From: Paecilomyces variotii | Taxonomy: Eukaryota | Length of the DNA stretch: 64,000 nucleotides | Reading direction: 5' to 3' (one strand) | NCBI GenBank assembly: GCA_004022145.1 | Contig: RCNU01000007.1 | Part shown: positions 15,013 to 28,811 of the stretch, one piece after another | Numbering within the stretch: the first letter of the stretch is position 1 | How the letters are laid out: each line of letters begins with the position of its first letter | Translations under genes and position numbers: made by a program | The notes under the pieces: model-generated | The model's input: the letters and a program-made list of their open reading frames with translations, nothing else | What the model was told of the DNA's origin: nothing | Databases searched by the model: none

Positions 15013-18000
15013 TTAATGAGCAACCCCAAATGCAGGCGAACCCCAAGAGGCATTTCCGAATGGAGCCCGAGGGGAACTACCAGCAGCGTTGCCAGAGGCG
15101 GAAGCATTCGACTTCTTAAAGTTCCGATTATGACCGTGGCTGCTCGACCCTTCGCTCGAGTTCTTCGTGTTCTTCCGAGACTTGAATCCTGATGCGCTGC
15201 CACGCTGTCGCTGCCCGTGGTTACCGGCCTTTCTCGGCAGTGTCACAGTTCTCGTACTGTCATTGCCTGGGAAATGAATGATTACATGGATATTACCAGA
15301 ACGATCTTTATCATGGAATCCAAAGTTGTAAGGCTCAACGCTGTGGACCTGCATAGGTTTCAGGTACTTAGAGCGGAGTTTAGATGAAGACGGGGGAAGG
15401 GCAGCCACCCAAGCCGCCGGAGGTGCCATATTTGGCACACGGACAACAGGTAGAGAGCCAGCCTCACGATCTTCAAAGATGGCTTCTTCCTCCTCGACCT
15501 CCTTGGATGTCACTTTTCCGACATCTCGCAGAATGTCGCTCTCCACATATTGAGGGAGTGAGACAGCAGCGGGCGCAGGCTGTGACTGAACATCAAGAGG
15601 TTCTTTGGTAGCGGAGGCAACCGCAAGAACTTGCTTCTTCTCCGTCGATGGCTTCTTGCCAAAAAGACCGTTGAAGCGGTCCTGCCACGAAGTTGTGCTT
15701 GCAATGGGCTGGGGAACGACTCGAACCGGTGGCGAAGAAGCGACCATAGAGGCGAAGGTTGGAGGCTGCTGTGGCGCCGTCGGTTTGGGAGGCAGTTTGA
15801 CAACAGGCTTTGGGGTAGGAAGATGGACTAGAGGGCGATCGGTATTTCCGGTGTAGACGGGATGGCTGGATACTTCCTCTGGGGGAGGTGGGGAGGGGCT
15901 CCTAGAAAGTCCACGGTCTTGAACGACAGGAGGCTTAGGCTGTTCCACCTGATGAGGGAAGAACCTTGAACCGCGCCCAGCGGCACTGCTGAAAGCACGC
16001 GAGTGATGTTCAGAGAACGGCAAGCTCCCAACAGCGGGATCGAAGGCGTGCAAGGGTGCCACTGGAGCTCCAGCTTCAGCGGTTCTGCTAACACCAACAA
16101 TCTGTCGCGAACCGACATGATCACCCGTTCGAACTTGGCGCCAGGTCTCATTGAAACTGACCGCTATCGAAGAGGGACCATCATCGCGCATAGCCGCAAG
16201 TTCGCGGTGGAATCGCTCGCTCTCCTCCGCCTCACGTTTTGCAGCGATATTGTGAAAATTGTTCCAAGCTGTAGTCTCACCAGCACGGGTTAGGTCGTGC
16301 TGCCTCTGAGCTGGCTGCGAGCTCGGAGGTGCAATGGGCCCCGGTCTAACGACCGGATTGACAGACTCTGGCAGCGGAGATATAGGCATGCTATCCTGGG
16401 CAATCCCAGGAGGTCCTGAGAAAGGCTGCGGGGCGCCCATCCTGTCGTCATTCGTATGTGGCGATCTGATAGACGACTGGTCATTAAGGCCAAGGTGACC
16501 GCGGAGAGGGTGATCGCCCCCTGTGAAACCAGGAAGATTCCTGTCGAAAGCACCATTCCCGAGAGTCTTGTCACTGCTCAGTGGTTTCCAAGGATTTGGA
16601 TCGGACGATGGGTGACCACCAATTTTCGGCCCGGAAACCCACGGGCTGAGGCTGCTTCTCCATTGAGGGCCCTTCTCGTCAGTCAGAGTCTCCCTGTGTG
16701 CTCCGACCGGCTGCGCAGGAGAGATATCATGTGGTTGGCGCAGTCCGTTCGATTTCGACATATCCGCCTTCGGTTCACGTGCGGGAGATGGGAGACGACG
16801 GCCGTGAGGTGCGGGCATAGACTTGTCGGATGCTCTCTCACTCGCAGCGACGAGTTTCTTCACCGTGTCAGGATGGTGAACCTTCATCATGCCGTACTGT
16901 TTAGGTTCGCCAGTAGGTTCGGGGACCGGTGGTTTTGGGGGTGAGTGCGTAGTTGGTGCGGCCGTCGCAGGAGCTGTTTCCTTAGCAGGTGCCTTTGCCG
17001 TCGAAGATGAATCTTGAGCTTTGGGTTCCTCCTTCTCCGATGGAGGAGGTCCCAGAGCCTGAAGCTTCAACCTGATTCTTTCGCGACGTTCAGCTTCCTC
17101 TCTCTCCTCCTGTTCTTTCCGCCTCTGCCGTGCTTCCATGGTCTTCTCTTTCATGATGCGTTGCTGCATTGCGACAGGATCTTCCTGAGGAATCTGAGGC
17201 GCTGCTGCGGGTTGCTCCGTAGTCATGGAGTCTGCTACTTGAGGGGCAGGGGCCATCCCAGGTGATGCGTAACTCATGTTTGTAGGCGTGCGTGCCCGCC
17301 AAACCCCGGCACCCTGGTGGCCAGGAGAGACGCCGCGCTTAGGTATTTCATTTGGCGAAACAGAACGCTCCAAAGCTCCATTCACCTGAGATCCTCTTCG
17401 AACATCACCCGGCTTGGAAACAGCATCAGGTCTACCTAACGACATCCGACGACCAAAGCTTCCGCTCCCTCCACTAACATTAGAGGATGTGCGACGTCGA
17501 TTCCAGGGGCCAGTCTCTTGAGCACTTGCCCGATGGGTCTGAAATGCTGCAGACGGTTCTGCAGGTCCAGTCTGTTCGTGATGGGAGGGCCTTTGAAGAA
17601 CGGAAGGAGCCCGGAACGGCTGATCACTGCGCTGAGGCCCCCTCCTCGTATCGGAGACCGGTTCATATCTACCTGAATGAGAATTGTACAGCTCCCGAGG
17701 CAAGTTGGACTGGCCCTCTCTCCAAGATCGATTGAAGTCATCCGCTGCAATTTCCTTCGCCGGGAGAGGACCATTTCCAGCTTCCTGGACATGAGACTCT
17801 CTTTTCATGAGACGCGACGAAGACTGTGGTTGCACTGGAGGAATAACGGGAGAAACCTTCTCCATAGGAGGGAGAGGCGCCCACGGAGACTTAGTGGGCA
17901 CAGGAGCTGGGCTTTTGGATGTCAAACCAGACTTTTCGCTTGCTCCCTTGGATGCTGCCATGGCATTCCTGGCTTGTCTTTCGGCACTGGCTCCCAGTCT

Positions 18001-19193
18001 AAGAACAGTAGCGTTAGGCCCAACAGAGGTAGTGGATTTCGTCGTAACGGACTTGGTTGTCGTCTGAACTGTTGTCGATGGTTCTGGCGCAGGTGCAGTA
18101 TCTTTGGTATCCTTTCGATCTTTTGGTTCTTGGCTGGTAATAGTGCCACTTTCCGCATGAGCTGTAAGTGTGATCTTCGTCCCATCATTCCATTCGATAG
18201 TTTCCGGGGCCCAGTCATCTTCATCATCATCAATATCCGCCCATTTCGCCTCCGTCCCTCCTCCGTCTTCCTGGATACGAGACGTCATGTGTATGCCGTA
18301 TTGCTGCTTGAGCTCTTCATCTGTCAGGTGTCTGGTCGGAGCTGGCTGGGTCGCTAAAGGAGAGCAAGTGTCAGTATAGCCTTGGAACAGAAGCAGATGC
18401 GTACGTACGTCTGTTCTTATTCCACACCTGATTCGGATCCGGACCCGATGCACCACCAGCTCCTGCGCCAGGAGTTCTAGAGGAATCCCGTAAACTGCTC
18501 GTTGTTTTAGCGACCAAGCGCGGCCGGGATGTTGACTGTGGCGTAGTGGATGGAGAAGGAGAAGCTAATGATGCTGCTCGCATTTAGTGCTATCCCATCA
18601 ATACATGAGAATCTGAGGATTACCTTTCTCGCTGACGATCTTGGATGTGAGTACCGAGCCTGGAGTCTTCGGAACGCTAAACTTGGCAAATGATACTGGC
18701 TTGAAACTTGTTGGCTTCTTCACAGAGCCTGTGCGCGTGTGATGCCTCCCATCGGTACGGCTGGTATCGGACTCTGATCCACCCTGCGAGCCTGTATCCT
18801 CACCACGGTCCGACCCCGATGCCATCCCATTTAATTCCAGAGCCCTGGACTCAACCGGCCCTGGACCATCCTTTGTGAAATCCTGCTCATAGATCAGTAA
18901 CCACGGCTGACAACGATGTGGACATGCGATCGCGAGGAGCTTACGGCTGTCGACCGTCCCGAAGCATTTCCACCGTCGTCCGCACCAGGAGCTGCCTCAG
19001 CAGCGCCTGACCTCGAATCGTATTCCGCGCCTGTATGTTTCTCGTTGTGTTCAGTGGTAGCTGTATCTTTAATCTCCCCCACGTCCCCTCCAGCAGTGTT
19101 CTTGTCGGAATTGCTCGCAGGAACGTCGGAAGGCGAAGGCTCGCCGCCCGACCGGGTTTGAGTTACCACATCGTGGCTGCTCTGCTCTGCCAT
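15013..19193 (-). CDS. Large low-complexity conserved hypothetical protein, possibly PRRC2/BAT2-like
   Basis: 1147-aa terminal ORF plus upstream exons (MAEQSSHDVV..., KKPTSFKPVSFAKF, RPRLVAKT, QVWNKNR). Motifs WADIDDDEDDW and a charged coil ARQRRKEQEEREEAERRERIRLKL. Start codon uncertain (19193 or further upstream). Confidence 0.7.
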
Positions 19194-20087
19194 AACAATA
19201 CTCGAATCTGCAGGGTCACCCAAGGCCGGGTCATCGTTAGAAGAACACTCTGAAATCACGGGTAATGAAGGAAGGGTATTCCGGGTCATAGTTCTTTTTG
19301 TAGAGAACGAGCTAGGTATGCATGAGGGGATAAACAGGCGGGCCAAGCTATACCTATCGTCAGGTATCAAGAATCGCCACGGTGACTGCCGGCTTTCACA
19401 AAACAGGGCCTCAAAAGCCTCTCTCTGGGTGTCGGGTCGCAAGGTCTAGGAGATGACGCACGGCACAGGGCGCTCGACTTGATAAAGGAAAGATTCGAGC
19501 TCTGAGGCTGTCGGCGGCCGGCGAAGATGGGATATGACGGTAACGCGCCGTAGAGGGATCCGGGGGTCGCTCGCGAAGGCGTTTGTTGTCTGTAGACAGA
19601 TGATGGAGGTGGAAGCATTAGGAGCGGTTCACGGCTAAGCTGAGGTGGCTGCATCCGGTTAGCGTGGAAATGAGAAAATGAAGTCAAGAAGGCCACCTCA
19701 GAGACACTGCGTTCCCCAGCCGCCAGCCACGCGTTCAACGGGTCGTTGCTTTCTATGGATCTACTGGGTAGAAGAGGTTCTGGAGGTGCTAGAGCTCTAC
19801 TTGTCTCAGGGGATACAGGGCGTTATTCTTGGTGTTTGGTTTCTCATACTACAGAACGACTAAGCAACGGTATCGTGCACCCAGACCCGGCCTATTTGAT
19901 GACATCGCCAATATAGATTATGACCCGCTTCCCTGGGATTCCAGAGCATACAAAAGCTAGTCTGGCTAACTGCAAGGGGCGTGGTTGAGATGACTGTATT
20001 CCATAAGGCTTCACGGTAAAAGTTCTTTCATTCTACACCGGGGATATATGTACAGCATCCTCTTCATTCATCACGCACACGACACAT

Positions 20088-20745
20088 TTAGTGAGGGTGG
20101 TTCTTGTGGTGGCCTGTTGTAATTATCAGTCACAGTTAATTATAATCGCTTTATGGACGTTCTCAGAGTATCACTTACGGAGGTGGAAGTAGTATTCAAT
20201 ACTGTAGCCCATGATGAGGATAGCACCGATGGCGTGAACCAGGGCTAATTGGTACAAGATCCAGAGTCAGCAGACAATTAACCAGAACATAAATTCCTTT
20301 TTTTATCACTTACGCATGCCAGAAGCGTTCTTGCCGCTGAAGTAGCGAGCCTGGTAGCGGCCAATAAGGCCCTGAGGCTTGATCTCGGGGGCAGCACCGC
20401 GGGGGAGCTTAGCGTAGAAGCTCACAACGCGCTCCATACGGGCAGCATCCTGGGCGGCACCAATCGCCTTCTCAATTGTCAGTAATCCAGAGCACAAATG
20501 CAGACGGTCCATCAGATAGGTCATCGGGGCGGCGGTCGGTTAGACGTAGACTGAAGACGTGCTGAGGCGCGCGGATATGAGATGATAATGGGACAGAGGC
20601 AGAGGACATGGGGTTCTCACGTTAGGCGAAGCGATCTGAGCAACGGTTAGCAATGTGAAAGACGGCAGGTTGGAGCGCAATTCCAATGGCTATTTACCTT
20701 GGGAGGGATCAAGGTCGAAAGACCTCGGCGGACAACGTAACTCAT
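20088..20745 (-). CDS. ATP17: Mitochondrial ATP synthase subunit f
   Basis: MSYVVRRGLSTLIPPK|IASPN|AIGAAQDAARMERVVSFYAKLPRG...RYQARYF...GYSIEYYFHL|RHHKNHPH*; includes a 15-nt microexon at 20621-20635. Confidence 0.92.
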
Positions 20746-21068
20746 CTTGTCGATCTGTGGGAGGGTTAGTTTCACGGTCACGAGAACCAGTGAGAGTCAA
20801 TCTAGTGTTGGCCTGTGAATTTGCATACCTGGTTGAAAGACAATTGACCGGGAGCGACCGAAGGTGTTGATGTTGGAGAGAGAGAGGTTGAAGTGCCTGC
20901 ACGGTCGGCTCTCCGGATGAACGATCCCTAGCCTCAGAGCCTCACACAGCGCTAAGCCGCATTTGGCGTTGCCTCCATCCCGCCCTACCTCACCTCATCT
21001 GTGCTTCCTGGTCTTGCAGATATCCGTCTTCGACGCTCGACGAGATTTCCGTCCTTGCACCACGCACA

Positions 21069-21857
21069 ATGTCTTTCCTACGGGTCAGAAGCTCTGCCTG
21101 CTTCCGAGTGGGCAGGCTCAGGGCGCCTGTGAACGCCCGCTTCATTCAGAGTTCCTCTGAGGGTCCTTCTTCCGACAAGAATATCAAGACCAGCCCTGCC
21201 GATGCGCCTACGACGCCCCCGAAGGAGAGCTCCTTGATCCGAAAGGAGACTCCCGCGGAGGCAATGGCTCGTCACCAGCCAGACTACGATGCTACCATCG
21301 ACTTCTGCACATCGTACGGATGCCGCCCTTGACGCCCGGAGAAATTCATGACTGACCGTCCGTTTTCTCGCAGGAACTTCTCCCCCGTCCCTAAGCGCGT
21401 CATGGATGGCAGCGAGCCTGGCGAGTCCGTCGCTGCCGCTGTCTTGTCTGGTGCCCCGACGGATCTGCAGGCCCGAACTGTGAGGTATGGACGAGAGTTG
21501 AACCGAGTGGGAGACTGGTCTTCTGGCTGACCACACATACTGTACAGAATCTACCGCCCTACCAAGCCAGCTACTCAGTCTGGCACATGGCACAGCCACC
21601 ACTGGCGCATGGACTGGGATGTTCTTGCCAAGGGCCACCGTTGGGAGAACCCTCTGATGGGCTGGCAGTCGTCCGCCGATTACATGCAGGGCACCCACCT
21701 GAACTTCAAGAGCAAGGAGGATGCCATCCGGTTCGCCCAGAAGCAGGGATACGAATACTTTGTGCAGGAACCCCAGGAGCGAAAGTTCAAGCCCAAGTCC
21801 TATGCGAACAACTACCTTCATCAGCCGAAGAAGCTCAAGGTCGTCCACACCAAATAG
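21069..21857 (+). CDS. NDUFS4: Complex I accessory subunit NDUFS4/NUYM (21 kDa)
   Basis: Mitochondrial presequence; RTVRIYRPTKPATQSG...RWENPLMGWQSSAD...LNFKSKEDAIRFAQKQGY...KSYANN; 2 introns. Confidence 0.92.
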
Positions 21858-23147
21858 ACGCCCCATGTCCCTCTATCCATCGTGTATGTACATAACAGCA
21901 AGTTTTCATCGTGTTAGAACCGAAGTGCATTTTGTGTTCGCCAAGCCTGGTCCATTCTCTGCATAAAGATCAGCAACTGGAGTCGGTGGTGAGTAGACAA
22001 AGCGTTTCATGACCAGACAATCAGATGGCGCTGGCGGATAGCCCTCAAGCCCAGTTTGGTTGAAAGATGTTTCGAAAGACTGTTGGGAACAGATCTCGTG
22101 TTTTACTTGAGCATCGGCTGACGGCAAAGAGGGATCAGCACTTTGGGTGAATCGGCAGATCCATTCACGTGCTGAGTGTTTGTATGAAAATCATGGCATA
22201 GTATAGTCAGGAAGCTGTCCGTCATGTCATCTCACACGGACCCTATCTTGCGAGCGCCACCAGTAGTGTGTGTTCCACGTGAGGACAGAGTTGAATCACA
22301 TGTACGGAACTTGGTTTGGATGAGATATTCTGAGATATTTTTACTGTGCATCTATCGGGGAGGGATTGTTGGCCCGTGATATGGTCGTGATATAGAATGC
22401 TGTGTGTATCAGAAGTATACTATGTAACAACACGGTTGATTGGCCTAGTGTTGGGTGGTTTCGCGTGACTTTCCATGGCGTAATATGTAGGATCCAAGCA
22501 GATGATCAATCGCATTCGCAATGGCTAGACTGGATGATAGTATCCACGCCGTTCTCTGGATGCTACTAATTCCCCTCCTCATCCGACTCCATCCCTCGCT
22601 GTCTCTCCCAGGCCTTTCTCCACGGGGCGGGAGACATCACGTGCGGGGCTGGCGGGCGGATGGCGGGGTGGGGGAAGTGAAGGGCCCATGATGGAAGCTG
22701 TCGACGTTCGCGGCGTTGCTCTGACTGTCCAGTCCGCTCCCGTTGAAAGACGAGTCGATGGTCGATGATCGTTCAGGACTCGCAACGGGCATTTCTTTTC
22801 CCTGTTCATCCGTGCCTGATCGGGACGCACGTGAAGTTCGCTGGTGTTCCAGGCACGTTTTGAGCATTCCGCATCCGCCGCCTGTCAGACGAGGACTTCT
22901 CTCTGAGATTCGAAATTCGAGATCCTACCTACAATCCCTGACCAGCAGCCGGGATTTCCAGAGCTCTGCGGACTCATCGAGCTGCTGGAGTTTCGTCCCC
23001 CCCTGCCACCAGCACAGCTCGAGGTGTTTGACAGCAAGGGAGACCAAGTTGAACATCAATTGAGGCGCAACCCCCCGCGGCCCAGGCCCCCCTCTTCATG
23101 CGGCTCTGGCCGATCGATCTGGGTGAAAGCGTCCTCTCGACATAACA

Positions 23148-24830
23148 ATGGCGGACGATGCCCTCGATCGAGATGCGCCCGCGGAGTCTCAGCAGAGCGC
23201 GAAATCGGGCCTGTCCCCGACCTCCAGCAGTGACAGCGAGCAGAGTGTTGGCAGCAACAGCAACGGCGATCCGAGTCGTACCCTCGCTAGAGCTGGTCAC
23301 GAGGGTTTCGTGCAGCCGTCTTCTTACTTGCGGCCGCAAGCCCATTCCCATCCAGTGACGCCGGCGCAACCCGAGAGAACTATCGACCGTGAAGAGCGAC
23401 TGGGTCTGGTGAGCTTCCCAATCCTCCTTTGTGTCTGATTATTGCTTTTTCTCTCTGCGCGGAGCCATCTCCACGCCAGTCTGGACGTCTCTACCCCCCT
23501 GGCGCAGGCTGAGGAAGCTCTCTCCAACCCCGGATGTCCCGGTCCAGCTATGAGTGGGGACGGACTATCACGATAGATGAGCACCCCCGCGCCAGGCATC
23601 CAGCAGAGCAGATGCGCTTCAGCCCGACCGGATGATGGAGCTAACGAGTTCTTGTTACAGCGTGCGATTCGAGACTTTCTCAAGGTCCGCAACAGCTACG
23701 ATGTGCTTCCGCTCAGTTTCCGACTGATCGTCTTCGATACCTCGCTCTCCGTCAAAGAGAGCTTAAATATCCTCATTCAGAATGGCATGTGTTCTTCGGA
23801 GATCTCCAGCCCCTCCGGGGATATCATCTATTGGACAAGATATACTGACAGAAAAGTGTCCGCGCTGTAGGCATTGTCTCCGCACCGTTATGGGACTCCA
23901 AGACGTCCACCTTCGCCGGTCTGCTGACCACGTCCGATTATATTAATGTTATCCAGTATTATTTTCAGAATCCCGCCGCCCTAGATCAGATCGATCAATT
24001 TCGACTGTACAGCCTGAGAGGTGGGTCGCCGTCTATGCAAGTCCTTGAAGATGAACAGGAGTCTCACATTGATCTGCAGAAGTGGAAAAGGCACTTGGCG
24101 TTGCACCTCCAGAGACGATATCGATTGATCCCGAACGACCACTCTACGAAGCATGCAGGCGTATGCTTGACTCGAGAGCTCGAAGAATACCGCTTGTATC
24201 CAATGACAGCCAGACAGATAGGTCACTGGTTGTGAGCGTCGTGACTCAGTATCGAATCCTTAAGTTCGTAGCGGTCAACGTTGGTGACACGCAAAAGCTG
24301 CGGAAGCCCTTGAAAGAGCTCCGTCTGGGCACATATGATAACATTGTAACGGCATCAATGGAAACTCCGGTCATTGACGTTATCCATAGCTTGGTTGAGC
24401 GTAGCATATCCAGTGTTCCGATCGTCAATTCCGAAGGTAAAGAGCACAGATTCCTTCTCCTCAGATTCTTATTGACCATGCTCAGGAGTCGTATACAATG
24501 TTTTCGAAGCGGTCGATGTCATCACTCTGATCAAGGGCGGTGTATACGACGATTTGAATCTAAGCGTGGGTGAAGCGTTGAAGAAGCGCTCTCCAGTAAG
24601 TGCGGTGCTGCCATCGACGCCCACGGCCCGCTGACTTGGAACTCTAGGACTTCCCGGGCATTTATACTTGTTCGGCCGAGGACGGCCTCGACACCATCTT
24701 CGACACGATCCGCAAATCCCGCGTTCACCGTCTCGTCGTGGTCGACGATCACTTCCGGTTAAAGGGAGTCCTCACGTTGAGTGACATACTACATTACATT
24801 CTGCTAGAAGGCGAAAATGATGAATTGTGA
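23148..24830 (+). CDS. SNF4: SNF1/AMPK gamma regulatory subunit (4 CBS domains)
   Basis: [81 protein letters not shown]; 5 introns. Confidence 0.94.
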
Positions 24831-25484
24831 TCATGATGTAAAGGTTATACGCATGGAACGGGCGTTTGTCGGGTTGGAGTTAGAAACCCAATGCATGAAA
24901 TATTGGCTCTGGATCATGACTGCATAGTTGAGTCGGCCATGCCTAATCCAGTGATACACCGGAAAGGCAACAATTGATGTTTGAACAAAAGCAATGACCG
25001 GCTAGCGTCTCCTTGCGTCGGGACGTATCTAGGAGATACTTGGTATTGTTCGTCCTTTTCCGGTACTTAGATGGTCAATGAAGTTCTTTCGGTCCTCTCC
25101 GATCTCTGTTCACTTCTGCGGCTTCTCACTCTGATGCTAAGCGTCTAGAGTGACGAAGTCAAGTCACAAACAACTACAAGGTCGCAGATCCAATCTATCG
25201 CCGAAACCATGAATTCCAGATTCCTTTCTCACTGGAAGGACCCATAGTACGTACGGTTTCTTCGATGGATGTATCCTGAAATGTTGGCGCGGGTGGTTTT
25301 GTTCGCTGATCCATCTTGAGGTTGAGGTAGAGCTCCGTCGTGCCTTCCGAGTACGACAAGTTGTAGTTTCCAAATCGGGAAGTGGAGGGAGAAGCACCAC
25401 AGAGCCTGAGATCAACCTCGGATGTCCAAGTTTCTCAATCGACATTGCTAATCTCAATGGAGAACGGTCAAGCCTGTCACGAAT

Positions 25485-27842
25485 ATGGGCCTTCTGGACA
25501 GTCTCCCATTCATCTCATCGCTCTATGGCAGCGACAAGAACGCACCGGTTAAGCGATCATGGTCCAGGATCTCCCGTACGCACTCAGATGTCGTCCCGCT
25601 CAACCCTAATTCCTCCACAACAGAAGAGGCTCCAGTTCTACCTCAGGCGTTGGACCTACAGCTCGCAAACACGTTACTGAGCAGGGCAAGCCAGCATCAT
25701 CTCCAGAAGGTTTCTGGCCGACAAAACGTTAATGATGTCGACGAAGCTCAACCGAAAGGCGAAAATATCTCCCCTAGAGATCCTGAACTCAGCAAGCATA
25801 CATCTGATGCGTCTAAGAGGTTGAAGCCAACAGATTCAGGTTATGAAGAACTCGACCCAACTACTCCTGTCCAGACCAGTGGTTCCAAGAACTCGAAAAG
25901 ATCCAGAAGGCTGGAGGGTCTGAAGAAGTTGCTCAGTCGTCACAAATCGCAAGAGCAGCAGATGCCAACTGAAATCCGGGTCGTTTCTGTGCAGCCTGAG
26001 GCTAATGAGATAGGCGACGAGGGCAGGAGAAGATCAAAATCTTCTCAAAGCCATATCGATACGCACGATGTTGAAGTCCAAGAGAAAGAGAACAAGGAGC
26101 CGCAGACACCAGGAGCGGACTTCCGGCTAGATGAGCCTTCTGAACCGCGAAAGGTCAGCGATCAAACTATCCTGTCCTTGGAGTCTGATAAGACAAGTGT
26201 AACTGTCTGCCGTCGACCTTCGAAACATGCGTCAAGTCCGATAGCCACGGTTGATAGAAACTACATGTACCAGAACCCATTCGAGGATGTCAGAGAAGCC
26301 TCGCATTCTCAAACGGAATCCAATCCCTTTACGGACCGGCCAGCATCCTCTACTCACTCCACAAGACTGTCGAGTTCTGCATACAGCGACTCTGACGGCC
26401 AGCGGATTAATTATACAGAACCTCTATCTGTGACGCCAAAGGAACCGATCATCCACCGTCGTTCCTCAAAGAAACCAAGTATCTCGCAAGAGGATCTGCG
26501 TCAGCGATCTTTTGCGGCTGGCAACCTCCAATTGAGGCAGTTCGGTCAGCGACGAGCTGCCATCGAATACAACAGGATGGCAGCGAAATTGCACCTACAT
26601 CCTTTACCTCTGGGCTGTCTTAATTATCCTATGTGTGGTAAGTGAACAGGGACTGTTTGGTGTTGCGGAGATAGCTAATGAAGTCTAAAGATGACCCTCT
26701 CCTCAATGAAGGCCGAGGACCGAAGCGTAAGGATGCTTTCTTGCGCAAGATCCGTAGCATGCGCTCAAGCCTGGCCCTCAGGTCGGCCCAGCGAAGCCCC
26801 GGGGGAAGGACTCTGAGGCGGATCAAGACGCTGGCCAACCTGACCAATCGGTCCTGTCAGATGGACTCGCTTAAAGGCAAGAGCCTAGAAACGATCGCTC
26901 GTCTGGGAGGGCACAGCTTCCTTACTCTACCTGCGGACTTTGCTCCGTGCACTCTCAGACTGCCTGTCTGTATTGTAGCGACGGCTTCTTATTTAAAATG
27001 TTATGGTAACCCTCTCCATCAGAGCTCCACTGGATCCTACGATACAAGCTGACATGGCGTGTACAGCTCCCAAAGCACGAAACATGTTCTTGGACTATGG
27101 GGACCTGAAAGCTGCTGCTCGAATGTACGACCATTATGCTAATCAAGTACTGTCCGCTGAGAAAGAGAAGATTAAGATTGACGTGACTATGAGAGAATGC
27201 AATCTCCCATCTGATTCGATTGGCTCTGATAAGGACTACCTATTCAATGAAGGATTTCACGTCCGCAGTGTTGGATGCGTTTTCAAGCAATTGTTGGCTG
27301 GTTTGCCTGGCGGTATCCTGGGCTCCACAGAGCTGTATCGAACACTAGTTGATATCTACGAGCGACGTTTCTTCGATGCTGAAGTAGATAGTTCTGAGAG
27401 CCGCCTCGGTGGCATGTCGTCGGCTGCTTCGATGAGGATTAAGGTCATCACACTGGCAATACTGGCATTTACAAGCGAAATGCAGCTTGCGCTTATCTGT
27501 GCAGTATTTGGCCTGTGCACCCTGCTGCTTCATGAAACGGAGCGCCTGGTTGAGATCGAGAAACAGATGATGAGCGAGACATGTGCAGGGGCCAGCCTTG
27601 CAGGGCTGTTAGATATGGAGCATCTGGCTCGAGTGTTTGGTCCGCTTCTCACCAGCGCCACTACTTCCGCAGGCCATGATCCCTTTGTCGATATCGAACG
27701 GGAAATCCAAGGGGAAAGGGTGGCAGTCATGCTGATCGAGAACTGGCGGAGCGTCAGTAGACAATTGAGGGTGTGGGAGGTGTTCCGGCATCCTGCCGGA
27801 GCCGGACGGCCTCCATCGAGGGTATGCGAGGAGAAAGAATAA
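25485..27842 (+). CDS. Hypothetical protein with a disordered N-terminus and a C-terminal RhoGAP-like fold
   Basis: Three ORFs linked by GT-AG introns; LRLPVCIVATASYL, VRSVGCVFKQLLAGLPGGILG and LARVFGPLL resemble RhoGAP boxes. Confidence 0.6.
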
Positions 27843-28475
27843 ATGGACAGTGATAAAAGGCAGCTCATCAAAGAACTTCCTGAGGGTCTAGACGATAGTC
27901 GGTCTGATTAAAAGGTCGTGGCGGTTATAACAGCTGTATGTGATATTTATATCATTAGAAACGCGTGATGAGTCTGTCCTATCAAAGCTGGAAATCCAAA
28001 GAAGTGTTTCCTTTTCCTATACTTGATGCCTTGACCAAAGTAAACGGCCTTTCCTTCCTCACGAGACAGCAGCAAGGGTCTAACTAATCCCCCAACTCCA
28101 AAAGTCTTCTCTACACAAACTTGGGAATCCTACTGTATCACATTATACATGTTCATATTCATCACCTGGATAACCTCGTGATCTATAGTAGTAAAATCGA
28201 AACAGGAGTTTTACAGAGTAGTTACAATCCAATATCCCATTTGGAATCCAGATTTGACAGCTCTCTTTTCATTCTATGTCCATATATATGAATATATATA
28301 AACTATGGATATATATAATGCGTTCTGTGTCTGTCTATCCATCTATCCATCTATCTGTTCACTGCTGCTTCTACCATAGCTACCCTACTGTTTCTTTTCT
28401 CCCTGAGATATAGATACGAATTTGCAAATTCGGACTTTACAAAGGGATGTATTTGTTAACTAAGTTACTACTCTG

Positions 28476-28690
28476 TAGGTAGGTAGGTAGTTAGGTAGTT
28501 AGAACCGGATATGATCGACCAGTAGTACTCTATGGGGTGTTAGTATTATTATCCGGACGGAGTACTTAGGTATAGTTATAGAGTACAGATTAGCTAACAT
28601 ACTTAGAATGTGTTAGGTAGGTACTCGGAGTCAGGCTACGATTTAGGTTAGTTGGTTGGTTGGTTGGATTGGATTGGATTTACCGTGTCT

Positions 28691-28731
<41 letters not shown>

Positions 28732-28811
28732 GGATGTTTGTGATTCTGTTTATGTCTCAGATAATGTAGATACTAAGGTAACTAACTACTTAGTTAGTTA
28801 CTTAGTTAGTT
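28476..28811. repeat. Microsatellite-rich patch: (GTAG)n, (GTTG)n, T39, (TAGT)n
   Basis: Seen directly; the poly-T run spans 28692-28730. Confidence 0.85.

Noticed and set aside
21078-21866. 262-aa antisense ORF over NDUFS4, and similar shadow ORFs over the bZIP, sulfatase and CEF1
   Set aside because: Explained by GC-rich codon bias of the real genes; no recognisable motifs.
23577-23660. Alternative in-frame N-terminus of SNF4 from an ATG in intron 1
   Set aside because: A short open stretch through an intron 3' end can occur by chance; no supporting evidence in the sequence.
28476-28811. TTAGG-like repeats as interstitial telomere sequence
   Set aside because: No tandem TTAGGG array; these are mixed tetranucleotide microsatellites.
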